Below are positions 12,913-24,855 of a stretch of DNA of 25,632 nt, one piece after another. Under the pieces are notes generated by a model, which was not told the DNA's origin, did no database searches, and saw only the letters and a list, made by a program, of their open reading frames with translations. Both the position numbers and the translations under genes were made by a program. Position 1 is the first letter of the stretch; each line of letters begins with the position of its first letter. The DNA comes from a virus: the UHGV virus genome UHGV-0369746. The stretch is one strand, 5' to 3'.

Positions 12913-13743
12913 ACCGGACTCCTCCTGCGATCCCTTCTGATACTGTCATCAGCATTACGTCATCCTCCGTCATGTCCGCCACATCCGGGGAAGCGGGGAT
13001 AACTTCATTCCCGTCCGGGCCAAAGCGGACACCTCCGGCAAGCCCTGCCGCTTTCTGCATCAGCACATCATCTTCAGGCTCTTCGTCAGCCTCGCGCCGG
13101 TTCAGCAGACTGAAATCCAGCGGATGCATATCCGGATCGCTGAAAAACAGGCTGAGCACGGTGTACGTCAGCCCGGAAAAGTGCATATCCAGCAGAACAT
13201 CATGAAAATAATGGGTACTGTAAAAGCGGTGCCAGTCGGCATACTCCGTGGATGACATCCCGGCAAGCATGGCACGCCAGTCGGGTCGCCCCATCTCACG
13301 CGCCAGTTTCAGGGCAAAACTCAGCTCACCGTCGAACACTTTCCCGCAGAAACAGGCTCTGCAGGCCCGGCGTCCTCTGTCTGTTCAGGGGCATTATTCA
13401 CAACAAACTCATACATACCAGACAGCCGGTACACCACGTTTTCAGCATGAGAAATTGCCTCCGTGGGCCAGGTGGTAAGCACTTCCTGCTCAATCTGTTT
13501 AACGGCTTCATTCATAGACGGCATCTGCGTCTTCTGCGGATGGTTATGCCACAGGGACATCGCCACCAGAAACGCGCCGGTTCTGATGGCGTCTTCCACA
13601 GTAAACTTCCGGTTGCTGTCTGACTCCGCCTGTTCTGCCTGCCGTTTCATCAGGGCGAGATGCTCAATACGCTGCAGGGCTGACAGTTCAGAAAGCGTGA
13701 CGGTCACACCGTTATGTTCAAATGATTCGGTTTTCAGGAACAT
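12905..13743 (-). CDS. T: Tail assembly chaperone G-T fusion, made by programmed -1 ribosomal frameshift
   Basis: T reading frame (track ORF 12905..13339) has no independent start context and overlaps the 3' end of G in the -1 frame; slippery heptamer GGGAAAG lies at 13339-13345 on the minus strand (plus CTTTCCC), 16 nt upstream of the G stop. This matches the well-known lambda G/GT arrangement. Confidence 0.75.
13321..13743 (-). CDS. G: Tail assembly chaperone G
   Basis: 140-aa ORF matching lambda gpG as recalled (…PAEPVSAGKCSTVS). Confidence 0.9.
   Translation of the reverse strand: MFLKTESFEHNGVTVTLSELSALQRIEHLALMKRQAEQAESDSNRKFTVEDAIRTGAFLVAMSLWHNHPQKTQMPSMNEAVKQIEQEVLTTWPTEAISHAENVVYRLSGMYEFVVNNAPEQTEDAGPAEPVSAGKCSTVS
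13339..13345 (-). other. Slippery heptamer GGGAAAG for the G to GT -1 frameshift
   Basis: Plus-strand CTTTCCC at 13339-13345 read directly from the sequence; reverse complement is GGGAAAG spanning the Gly-Lys codons near the G C-terminus. Confidence 0.75.
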
Positions 13744-13758
13744 CGCTGACTCTCCGGA

Positions 13759-14499
13759 TTAACTGGCGGTGACGTTGATTTCTGCAACCGCAGCAAGTTC
13801 ACCATTACCGGATACGACCGGAATGTTGACCTTGCCTGCAGCAACACCTTTCACGGTGATGGTCATACCACTGACCGACACGGTGGCTTTTGTTTTATCC
13901 GCTGACACCGCACGGAAGCTCTTGTCGGTTGCGCCTTCCGGCTGGAATGCCACGGTCAGCGTGGTGCTCTTCCCTTTCACTACGGAAGCGCTGGCTGGCG
14001 TCACGGTCATACCGGTTGCCGCTGTTACCGTGCTGCGATCTTCTGCCATCGACGGACGTCCCACATTGGTGACTTTCACCGTGCGGGTGATCACTTCCTT
14101 CGCCGTCACCGCCTTACCGATACTGCTGACCCAGCCGCGGAACACATCGACCGTGCCGTTCGGGAAGCGGATTTTATAGGCACGGGTATCACCTTCATTA
14201 AACCACGCCAGCAGCGCCTGCTGCCCCTGCTCTCCGGGCATCCACGCCAGCGTGAAGCTGGTATCTCCGGCAGATTTCTGCCCCTGTCCGGTCGCGGTCC
14301 AGTCCGCATCTTCATCATCGAGATAACTGTCGTCATAGGACTCAGCGGTCAGTTCGCCGGGCGTCAGGTCTTTAACCTTTGCCAGACGCGACCAGTCATT
14401 GTCTGAAAGCGGGTTTGCATAAGGGTCGCCGCTCCCGTTATAAACCCACAGTGTGGTCCCGGCCCCTTTCACCGGTGCCAGAGGATTTGGTGTTGGCAT
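13759..14499 (-). CDS. V: Major tail tube protein V (with C-terminal Ig-like domain)
   Basis: Matches lambda gpV as recalled (…[12 protein letters not shown]…[12 protein letters not shown]…); start set at the internal ATG at 14499 to give 246 aa like lambda. The track ORF extends 10 codons further upstream. Confidence 0.9.
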   Translation of the reverse strand: MPTPNPLAPVKGAGTTLWVYNGSGDPYANPLSDNDWSRLAKVKDLTPGELTAESYDDSYLDDEDADWTATGQGQKSAGDTSFTLAWMPGEQGQQALLAWFNEGDTRAYKIRFPNGTVDVFRGWVSSIGKAVTAKEVITRTVKVTNVGRPSMAEDRSTVTAATGMTVTPASASVVKGKSTTLTVAFQPEGATDKSFRAVSADKTKATVSVSGMTITVKGVAAGKVNIPVVSGNGELAAVAEINVTAS

Positions 14500-14506
14500 A
14501 TCGTCC

Positions 14507-14902
14507 TCACATTTCATAGGTAATGACATAAGTCAGATCGGCTGAACTCCACAGGCCCGCATCATCGTCGCGCCGGTAGTCATAGCCACTGGCCACCATA
14601 CTGGTGATCAAATCTGACAGTGCCGGGATATCGCTCATCACCGGATAAATCCGGGACTCCATCCACGAATCCAGCTCTGAATCCGGCACCTGAGCAGGCA
14701 GGAAAACTTCAATATGCAGCTCCGCCTGCCAGGTATCGCTGTCCAGCTCTTCGCCCGTGTATTCAGCGCCGGTGAGATAAACGGCAATTGCCGGAAAATC
14801 TTCCTCATCAAAAACAGCGGGGCGACCATCAAAAAGCGTCGCCCCGGTGTCATGCTTCTCCAGTGCATCCAGTACGGCTGCACGGAGTTCAGTATGTTTC
14901 AT
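14507..14902 (-). CDS. U: Tail terminator protein U
   Basis: 131-aa ORF matching lambda gpU as recalled; ATGA overlap with the Z stop. Confidence 0.9.
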   Translation of the reverse strand: MKHTELRAAVLDALEKHDTGATLFDGRPAVFDEEDFPAIAVYLTGAEYTGEELDSDTWQAELHIEVFLPAQVPDSELDSWMESRIYPVMSDIPALSDLITSMVASGYDYRRDDDAGLWSSADLTYVITYEM

Positions 14903-15477
14903 CGCTTTATTACCATTCTCAGTTGATGCTGCAGCGCATAGCCCAGCTCTTTCGGAAGACGCTCACGCCGTATCCGCTCAATATTCTGTTTAAACGCCGT
15001 GGTCAGCGGCACCGCCATCGGGATTTTCACCACATCAATGGGGTAACGGTTTTTCCCGGCCACACGCTGCATGACATGCCACCGGCCATTTTTCAGTTGC
15101 TGAATAAACGCGCCGGGAATACGACGGTTTCCCACCACAAGCACGCTGCCGCCACCTTTCAGGGATGAACGCTGCCCCTTTTTACGACGCCTGCGGCGGG
15201 ACAGGACAACCCGCGCATTACCCAGCCTGATTACGGGCAAATCCCCCCGGTTAACCCTGATTCTGGCCTGCGGATTTTTGACCGTGGCCCTTTTCAGCCT
15301 GGCCCTTTCCTTTACCAGTTTCCGGCGTACCTTTGTCTCACGGGCAACCTGTGACGCAGACTGCGATATCGCGGATGACGCAACGCGGTTAATGGCCATT
15401 GCGGCGGCACCAGGCACCGCCGTTTTGCTGATACGGCTGAGGTTTTCAACGGCCTGCTCAAGACCTTTTATGGCCAT
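14899..15477 (-). CDS. Z: Tail completion protein Z
   Basis: 192-aa ORF matching lambda gpZ as recalled. Confidence 0.9.
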   Translation of the reverse strand: MAIKGLEQAVENLSRISKTAVPGAAAMAINRVASSAISQSASQVARETKVRRKLVKERARLKRATVKNPQARIRVNRGDLPVIRLGNARVVLSRRRRRKKGQRSSLKGGGSVLVVGNRRIPGAFIQQLKNGRWHVMQRVAGKNRYPIDVVKIPMAVPLTTAFKQNIERIRRERLPKELGYALQHQLRMVIKR

Positions 15478-15488
15478 ACATCCCCCTT

Positions 15489-15842
15489 TCAGCGGCGACG
15501 GTTAACGGCAGGCGGCACGCCACGCCCAAGCCAGAGATGACAGCTTCCGCCATCATCCGGCGAAACCCGGTCTATCCAGAAGTTTTCCTCACCGATGGTC
15601 AGCGTGTCTCCACGCCGCAGCTGCCGCACCTCATCAGTCCGGACAAACAGGGACGGGCTGGAGCCTTCAACGCGCACGCCCTGTCCGGCATAGCTGATAT
15701 TTTCAGGGTCATCAAAAACACCACGTATCACAGCACCGGACTGCTCACCGGATGTCATGGTGGCTGACGTTCCCATGTACCCGCGTATCGTTTCATCAGC
15801 GCGGGCAATGGCAGCATCGAACAGGTTATCGAAATCAGCCAC
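15489..15842 (-). CDS. FII: Head-tail joining protein FII
   Basis: 117-aa ORF matching lambda gpFII as recalled (MADFDNLFDAAIARADETIRGYMGTSA…). Confidence 0.9.
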   Translation of the reverse strand: MADFDNLFDAAIARADETIRGYMGTSATMTSGEQSGAVIRGVFDDPENISYAGQGVRVEGSSPSLFVRTDEVRQLRRGDTLTIGEENFWIDRVSPDDGGSCHLWLGRGVPPAVNRRR

Positions 15843-15853
15843 AGCGCCTCCCG

Positions 15854-16252
15854 TTATTGCATTCTGGCCAGGCCACGTTCTGTCATTTCGGCTGCCACAC
15901 CGGCAGAGACACGAAACGCCGTTCCCGGCAGCACAAATGCCACAGGTTTATCCCGCGTGGCGTGAAGTGCATCAGTATGCAGCGTCACCAGTGCCACGAC
16001 CGTGACCAGTTCAGCCGTATCCTGAATCACGGTATCCGGCTGCGCTGATATCACCTCATTTTCATGCCCGGTCAGCACATTTTCCCGGCTGAGAGGGGTG
16101 TCCTGACCGGCAGTTTCATCCGTGTCATCAAGCTCTTCTTCCAGCTCTGCCACACGAAGCGCCAGTTCTTCTTTCGTTCCCGTCAAACTGATATCGCGGT
16201 TCAGTTGCTCACCCAGCTCCTGAAGACGGGCAATCAGTTCATCTTTCGTCAT
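15854..16252 (-). CDS. FI: DNA packaging protein FI
   Basis: Lambda gpFI-like (MTKDELIARLQELGEQL…); start set at the internal ATG at 16252, which has a GGAGGAG Shine-Dalgarno 5 nt upstream. The track ORF start at 16291 falls inside an intergenic hairpin. Confidence 0.85.
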   Translation of the reverse strand: MTKDELIARLQELGEQLNRDISLTGTKEELALRVAELEEELDDTDETAGQDTPLSRENVLTGHENEVISAQPDTVIQDTAELVTVVALVTLHTDALHATRDKPVAFVLPGTAFRVSAGVAAEMTERGLARMQ

Positions 16253-16273
16253 GAACTCCTCCACAGAGAGAAA

Positions 16274-16291
16274 ATGGCCCCAAAGGGCCAT
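16274..16291 (-). terminator. Hairpin plus U-tract immediately after the E stop (terminator-like or mRNA stability element)
   Basis: Perfect 7-bp stem ATGGCCC / GGGCCAT (16274-16280 / 16285-16291) with 4-nt loop; on the minus strand followed by UUUUCUCUCU, then the FI Shine-Dalgarno. Confidence 0.35.
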
Positions 16292-16293
16292 GA

Positions 16294-17319
16294 TTACGCC
16301 AGTTGAACGGACACGAACTCATCAGGATCAGCCAGCAGCATCAGCGGTGCTGACTGAATCATGGTGAACTCACGCGCCGGATCGCCGGTGGTCACCCAGT
16401 TTTTCGGGTAACGGGCAGAGGCGTTAATGCCTTCGCGCTGTGCGTCCGCATCCTGAATGCAGCCATAGGTGCGCAGACCGCGAGCCTGAGTGTTCCCCAG
16501 CACCATCGTGTTGTCCGGCAGGAAGTTCTTTTTGACGCCGTTTTCCACGTACTGTCCGGAATACACGACGATGGCCACATCGCCATACATTCCCTTATAG
16601 GACACCGCTTTGCCCAGGTCTTTTACCGCTGTCTCCAGCTCGGAATGAGAGCCGCGACGGGTATCCAGCTTCTCCTTGACGGCTTTGAAGGAACGGAACA
16701 GCGCCCAGCCTTTCGGGTCAAACACGATGATATTCACCACACCGCTGGCGTTCAGCGCGTAGGCTTCGATATCGTCGGTCGGGTCATACGTGGACTTGTC
16801 ACGCTTGCTCCACTCCGTGCCGCCGGACTGCGTGATGTTATTCGCCGCACTGCGGCCCATATCCACCTCAACCGGATCGAAGGCTTCACCGGTCATGGTG
16901 TATTTGCCCTTAAGCACGGCAGAAACTGCCTGCATCTCTTCGACCTGGGCAATCGCCAGATTTTCATCCAGCATATTCTGCCGAATAATACGGCGACGAC
17001 GGTAAGCCGGGTCCGCCAGATTCTGCGGATCTTCATCCGGCAGGCGACGCAGGGTCATCTGCGGATTCACCTCATGCTTGGGTTTGACATATCCCGGCGT
17101 AAATTCAGAGGTGGAGCCGCCACGGGAACGGATAACCTCACCGGAAACAATCGGCGAAACGTACAGCGCCATGTTTACCAGTCCCGGAATTTGTGAGAGA
17201 TAGACTTTCTCCGTGGTGAAAGGATAGGTTTCACGGAAAAACAGGCGCAGAAACAGCGGATCGAACTTAAAGTGATGCTGGGTCGATGCCAGTAATTCTG
17301 CAGTTGTATATACAGACAT
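16294..17319 (-). CDS. E: Major capsid protein E
   Basis: 341-aa ORF, same length as lambda gpE; sequence matches lambda E as recalled (MSVYTTAELLASTQHHFKFDPLFLRLFFRE…). Confidence 0.95.
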   Translation of the reverse strand: MSVYTTAELLASTQHHFKFDPLFLRLFFRETYPFTTEKVYLSQIPGLVNMALYVSPIVSGEVIRSRGGSTSEFTPGYVKPKHEVNPQMTLRRLPDEDPQNLADPAYRRRRIIRQNMLDENLAIAQVEEMQAVSAVLKGKYTMTGEAFDPVEVDMGRSAANNITQSGGTEWSKRDKSTYDPTDDIEAYALNASGVVNIIVFDPKGWALFRSFKAVKEKLDTRRGSHSELETAVKDLGKAVSYKGMYGDVAIVVYSGQYVENGVKKNFLPDNTMVLGNTQARGLRTYGCIQDADAQREGINASARYPKNWVTTGDPAREFTMIQSAPLMLLADPDEFVSVQLA

Positions 17320-17332
17320 AAATTATTTCCAT

Positions 17333-17356
17333 AAAAAAAGCCGCACAGGCGGCCTT
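17333..17356 (-). terminator. Hairpin plus U-tract in the D-E intergenic gap (terminator-like or mRNA stability element)
   Basis: On the minus strand: AAGGCCGC-cugu-GCGGCUUU (8-bp stem including one G-U pair) followed by UUUUUAU (plus A-run 17333-17339); lies between the D stop (17375) and the E start (17319). Confidence 0.4.
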
Positions 17357-17374
17357 TGTTGATGAAGGGGAAGA

Positions 17375-17707
17375 TTAAACGATGCTGATTGCCGTTCCGG
17401 CAAACGCGGTCCGTTTTTTAGTCTCGTCGCTGGCAGCCTCCGGCCAGAGCACATCCTCATAACGGAACGAGCCGGACTTGTAGAACGTCAGTGTGGTGCT
17501 GGTCTGGTCAGCAGCAACCGCCAGAATGCCAACGGCTGCACCGTCGGTGGTGCCATCCCACACAACCAGCTTACGGGTAGTGCCATCCAGCATCAGCGGG
17601 GTCATTGCAGGCGTTTTCGCACTCAATCCGCCAGGCGCAATTGCTGTATGAGCCGGATCACTGTTACCCAGCGGCTGGTAATGGTTAAACTCTTCTTTTG
17701 TCGCCAT
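17375..17707 (-). CDS. D: Capsid decoration protein D
   Basis: 110-aa ORF; C-terminal two-thirds match lambda gpD as recalled, N-terminal ~25 residues carry several substitutions. Confidence 0.9.
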   Translation of the reverse strand: MATKEEFNHYQPLGNSDPAHTAIAPGGLSAKTPAMTPLMLDGTTRKLVVWDGTTDGAAVGILAVAADQTSTTLTFYKSGSFRYEDVLWPEAASDETKKRTAFAGTAISIV

Positions 17708-17716
17708 AACTGCCTC

Positions 17717-18334
17717 TTATACCGGTAAAGCTTCAGGTGTATTAAGTAATTCTTTATTGGTATCAGATGCCAGGTTACCTGCAGCCAGCGGTGCCGGTGT
17801 ACCTTGCATCAGACGATCCAGCGCAGTGTCACTGCGCGCCTGTGCACTCTGTGGTGCTGCAGCCAGAATGCGGCGGGCCGTTTCCACGGTCATTCCGGGG
17901 GTTTCTGCCAGAACGCGCGCCTGTTCTTCGCGTCCGTGAGCCTCCTCACAGTTGAGGATCCCCATAATGCGGCTGTTTTCTGCCGCAACCGCAGCGGTGA
18001 TCTGCGCGTTCACGTCCGGCTGCGCCGCGCTGGCGTTTTCGCCCTCCGTCGCTGGCACCACGTCAGTAACGTCAGCCTGCGAAGCAGTGGCTGAAACAGT
18101 TGTTGATTGAGTCTCTTTGGTCATTCGCCCTCCTGAGAGACGGGATTTACGTGCATCCAGTGCATCACGCATAACGGTGATCGCATCGGTGCTGTTGACA
18201 AGTTCATCAGCCAGTCCGGCATCAATGGCCTCCTGACCGCTGTACACTGCAGCCTCGGTATCCAGCACAGCCTGCACGGACAGGCCGGTATATGCCGACA
18301 CCTTCTGCGCAAACATCCGGCGGGTTGCATCCAT
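17717..18334 (-). CDS. nu3: Putative nested scaffolding protein Nu3, in frame with the C-terminal part of C
   Basis: In lambda, Nu3 is translated from an internal in-frame start in C. Here an in-frame ATG at 18334 (MDATRRMFAQKV…) is at the equivalent position, with a second candidate ATG 6 codons downstream. Start placement rests on recalled lambda annotation; no strong Shine-Dalgarno is visible. Confidence 0.4.
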   Translation of the reverse strand: MDATRRMFAQKVSAYTGLSVQAVLDTEAAVYSGQEAIDAGLADELVNSTDAITVMRDALDARKSRLSGGRMTKETQSTTVSATASQADVTDVVPATEGENASAAQPDVNAQITAAVAAENSRIMGILNCEEAHGREEQARVLAETPGMTVETARRILAAAPQSAQARSDTALDRLMQGTPAPLAAGNLASDTNKELLNTPEALPV

Positions 18335-19028
18335 CCGGGACTGCAGTGTCTCCCGGACGTCATCCGGAAGATGGCTGTAGGGGTTGCCATCCACCTTATG
18401 GCTGCCGCTGTAAATCAGCGTGATTTCCACGCCCTGTTTCTCCAGCGCAGCACCGTAATTACTGTGAGCCATCATGACGCCGATGGAGCCTGTCCGGGCG
18501 GTCTGCGTGACCAGACGCCGGGAGGCGGCGCTGGCAAGCAGCTGACCTGCACTGCAGTTCATGTCGTTGGCCAGCGCCCATACCGGTTTTATGTCTCGCA
18601 CACGGGCGATGATGTCAGCACAGTCAAATGCTCCCGCCACCATCCCGCCCGGTGTGTCCATATCGAGCAGAATGCCGTCCACCATCGGATCGCTGGCAGC
18701 CTGTTGCAGACGGGCGATAATGCCGTTGTAACCGGTCATTCCCGAATACGGCTGCAGCGCCCGCGTCCGGCTGACCAGCGTACCGGACACCGGCAGCACG
18801 GCGATGCCGTTCATGACCTGATAACTGCGGGCCTGTCGTGGTCCGTCATCATCACCGGATAACGCCAGCGCCGCGGGTGCCTCTCCGGCAGTCAGGCTGT
18901 CGCCGGACACCGCATCCGTCAGGCGACTGATCCCAAGCTGGCCTGCAAGCGCACAAAAGAAAACCCGCGCATAGGCGGGTTCAAGCATCAGCGGCTCATT
19001 AAAAGCCATGCTGGCAATATGCGGGAGA

Positions 19029-19048
<20 letters not shown>
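17717..19048 (-). CDS. C: Capsid assembly protease C (S49 peptidase family)
   Basis: Matches lambda gpC from VTAELRNLPHIASMAFNEPLMLEP onward; start assigned to the GTG at 19046-19048 (plus CAC), which gives the 20-nt overlap with the B 3' end that I recall for lambda. The track ORF continues upstream into B in another frame. Confidence 0.85.
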
Positions 19049-22729
<3,681 letters not shown>

Positions 22730-22755
<26 letters not shown>

Positions 22756-23275
22756 TCAGCAACCCCGGTATCAGTTCATCCAGCGCGGCTGCTTTGTTCA
22801 TGGCTTTGATGATATCCCGTTTCAGGAAATCAACATGTCGGTTTTCCAGTTCCGGAAAACGCCGCTGCACCGACAGGGGGAGCCCGTCGAGAATACTGGC
22901 AATTTCACCTGCGATCCGCGACAACACGAAAGTACAGAATGCGGTTTCCACCACTTCAGCGGAGTCTCTGGCATTCTTCAGTTCCTGTGCGTCGGCCTGC
23001 GCACGCGTAAGTCGATGGCGTTCGTACTCAATAGTTCCTGGCTGGAGATCTGCCTCGCTGGCCTGCCGCAGTTCTTCAACCTCCCGGCGCAGCTTTTCGT
23101 TCTCAATTTCAGCATCCCTTTCGGCATACCATTTTATGACGGCGGCAGAGTCATAAAGCACCTCATTACCCTTGCCACCGCCTCGCAGAACGGGCATTCC
23201 CTGTTCCTGCCAGTTCTGAATGGTACGGATACTCGCACCGAAAATGTCAGCCAGCTGCTTTTTGTTGACTTCCAT
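22730..23275 (-). CDS. nu1: Terminase small subunit Nu1
   Basis: 181-aa ORF matching lambda Nu1 as recalled (MEVNKKQLADIFGASIRTIQNWQEQGMPVLRGGGKGNEVLYD…), with winged-HTH N-terminus. Confidence 0.95.
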
Positions 23276-23299
23276 TGTTCATTCCACGGACAAAAACAG

Positions 23300-23412
23300 A
23301 GAAAGGAAACGACAGAGGCCAAAAAGCCCGTTTTCAGCACCTGTCGCTTCCTTTCTTTTCAGGGGGTATTTTAAATAAAAACATTAAGTTACGACGAAGA
23401 AGAACGGAAACA
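23300..23412. repeat. cosB: three copies of the 12-bp Nu1-binding R element (R1, R2, R3)
   Basis: Read from the sequence: 23300-23311 agaaaggaaacg (reverse complement CGTTTCCTTTCT), 23345-23356 cgcttcctttct (opposite orientation), 23401-23412 agaacggaaaca (reverse complement TGTTTCCGTTCT). An AT-rich segment between copies 2 and 3 is where the IHF site sits in lambda. Confidence 0.7.
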
Positions 23413-23452
23413 CCTTAAACCGGAAAATTTTCATAAATAGCGAAAACCCGCG

Positions 23453-23464
23453 AGGTCGCCGCCC
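23453..23464. other. cosN cohesive-end site
   Basis: AGGTCGCCGCCC at 23453-23464 is the reverse complement of the lambda 12-nt cohesive end GGGCGGCGACCT; the flanking sequence on both sides matches the lambda left and right genome ends as recalled. Confidence 0.8.
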
Positions 23465-23663
23465 CGTAACCTGTCGGATCGCCGGAAAGGACCCGCAAAA
23501 TGATAATAATTATCATCTGCATGTCACAACGTGCATCTACGCCATCAAACCACGTCAAATAATCAATTATGACGCAGGTATCATATTAATTGATCTGCAT
23601 CAACTTAACGTAAAAACAACTTCAGACAATACAAATCAGCGACACTGAATACGGGACAACCTC

Positions 23664-23897
23664 ATGTCAACGAAGAACAGAACCCGCAGAACAACAACCC
23701 GCAACATCCGCTTTCCTAACCAAATGATTGAACAAATTAACATCGCTCTTGATCAAAAAGGGTCCGGGAATTTCTCAGCCTGGGTCATTGAAGCCTGCCG
23801 CCGGAGACTGTGCTCAGAAAAAAGAGTTTCTCCTGAAGCAAACAAAGAAAAGAGTGACATTACTGAATTGCTCAGAAAACAGATCAGACCAGATTGA
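23664..23897 (+). CDS. Small basic putative DNA-binding protein, YlcI/DUF3950-like
   Basis: 77-aa plus-strand ORF; Arg/Thr-rich basic N-terminus followed by IRFPNQMIEQINIALDQKGSGNFSAWVIEACRRRL. Family assignment is from memory of a small ORF adjacent to cos/nu1 in lambdoid prophages; start codon has only a weak Shine-Dalgarno. Confidence 0.65.
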   Translation: MSTKNRTRRTTTRNIRFPNQMIEQINIALDQKGSGNFSAWVIEACRRRLCSEKRVSPEANKEKSDITELLRKQIRPD

Positions 23898-23953
23898 AGC
23901 AATTTAGATAATCGTGCAGACTACACCCCTCATATCACATGGAAGGTACTACA

Positions 23954-24364
23954 ATGGCTCAGGTTGCCATTTTTAAACAAATATTCGATAAAGTGCGAAA
24001 TAATTTAAACTATCACTGGTTTTATTCTGAACTAAAACGTCACAATGTCTCACATTACATTTACTATTTAGCCACAGAGAATATTCATCTTGTTCTTGAA
24101 AACGATAATACGGTTTTAATAAAAGGACAGGGTAAGGTTGTAAATGTAAGATTTTCAAAAAATAAATGCCTTATAGAAGCCACCTTAAAAGGATTCAAAT
24201 CAGGAGAGTTATCATTTTACGAATACAGGAAAAATCTTGCTACAGCAGGGGTTTTCAGATGGATTACAAATATCCACGAAAACAAAAGGTATTACTATAC
24301 CTTTGATAATTCATTACTCTTTACTGAGAACATTCAGAACACTACACAAATATTTCCGCACTAA
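23954..24364 (+). CDS. ybcV: DUF1398 family protein, YbcV-like moron
   Basis: Plus-strand ORF in a conspicuously AT-rich segment; motifs [36 protein letters not shown] and [27 protein letters not shown] match YbcV/DUF1398 as recalled. Start set at the second ATG (23954), 7 nt after a GGAAGG Shine-Dalgarno; the track ORF starts at 23939. Confidence 0.7.
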   Translation: MAQVAIFKQIFDKVRNNLNYHWFYSELKRHNVSHYIYYLATENIHLVLENDNTVLIKGQGKVVNVRFSKNKCLIEATLKGFKSGELSFYEYRKNLATAGVFRWITNIHENKRYYYTFDNSLLFTENIQNTTQIFPH

Positions 24365-24623
24365 ATCATAACGTCCGGTTTCTTCCGTGCCAGAACCGGA
24401 CTCGCTGGCATGATGAAATATGTGTACCCGGTAACCCCGGTGTGCATCGTTTTTGATTATTCCCACACACTCGCGCAGAAGGAGTTCCCCGTCGGGCTAC
24501 GGTCTCTGTTAATACGGGAATACGGCGACGATACAGCGCATGATGTGTCAGGCTTGAATACCTTTATCCTTTAAAAGGGATATCAGTTAAGTTATCCCGT
24601 GTAGGGTATAAGCCATTATCAAA

Positions 24624-24647
24624 GCCACTCTGTAGGAAGTGGCTTTT
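24624..24647 (+). terminator. Candidate intrinsic terminator for the plus-strand moron transcript
   Basis: GCCACT-ctgtagga-AGTGGC hairpin (24624-24629 / 24638-24643) followed by TTTT (24644-24647). Confidence 0.45.
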
Positions 24648-24658
24648 GTAATGGCAAT

Positions 24659-24681
24659 AAAAAGCCCCGCGAATGCGAGGC
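24659..24681 (-). terminator. Candidate intrinsic terminator downstream of Rz/Rz1
   Basis: On the minus strand: GCCUCGC-auuc-GCGGGGC (7-bp stem with one G-U pair; plus 24664-24670 / 24675-24681) followed by UUUUUAUU (plus A-run 24659-24663). Confidence 0.5.
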
Positions 24682-24855
24682 TAAATCCTGGTATTTGTAA
24701 TGACTGGCTCTTATCTCAACGCAGCCCCTTACCGCGCGCAAAATGCTCAATATCAAGCATCAGCAATGAGATGTTTAATCTGGATTCACTCCAGAAGTGA
24801 GCACCACCCTGTCTACAGAGCCAGATGTGAAGGATGATGAGTAAAATTATCGCTA

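Noticed and set aside
15854-16291. Track's longer start for FI (MALWGHFLSVEEF…)
   Set aside because: The upstream ATG lies inside the E-FI hairpin and lacks a Shine-Dalgarno, whereas the internal ATG at 16252 has GGAGGAG 5 nt upstream and gives the lambda FI N-terminus.
16645-17196. 183-aa plus-strand ORF antisense to major capsid gene E, and 163-aa ORF 18371..18862 antisense to C
   Set aside because: Same antisense artefact in GC-rich phage structural genes.
23134-23374. 68-aa minus-strand ORF and 179-aa plus-strand ORF overlapping nu1 and cosB
   Set aside because: They overlap the well-supported nu1 gene and the cosB repeat region; no start signals; the cosB region is a protein-binding DNA site, not coding.
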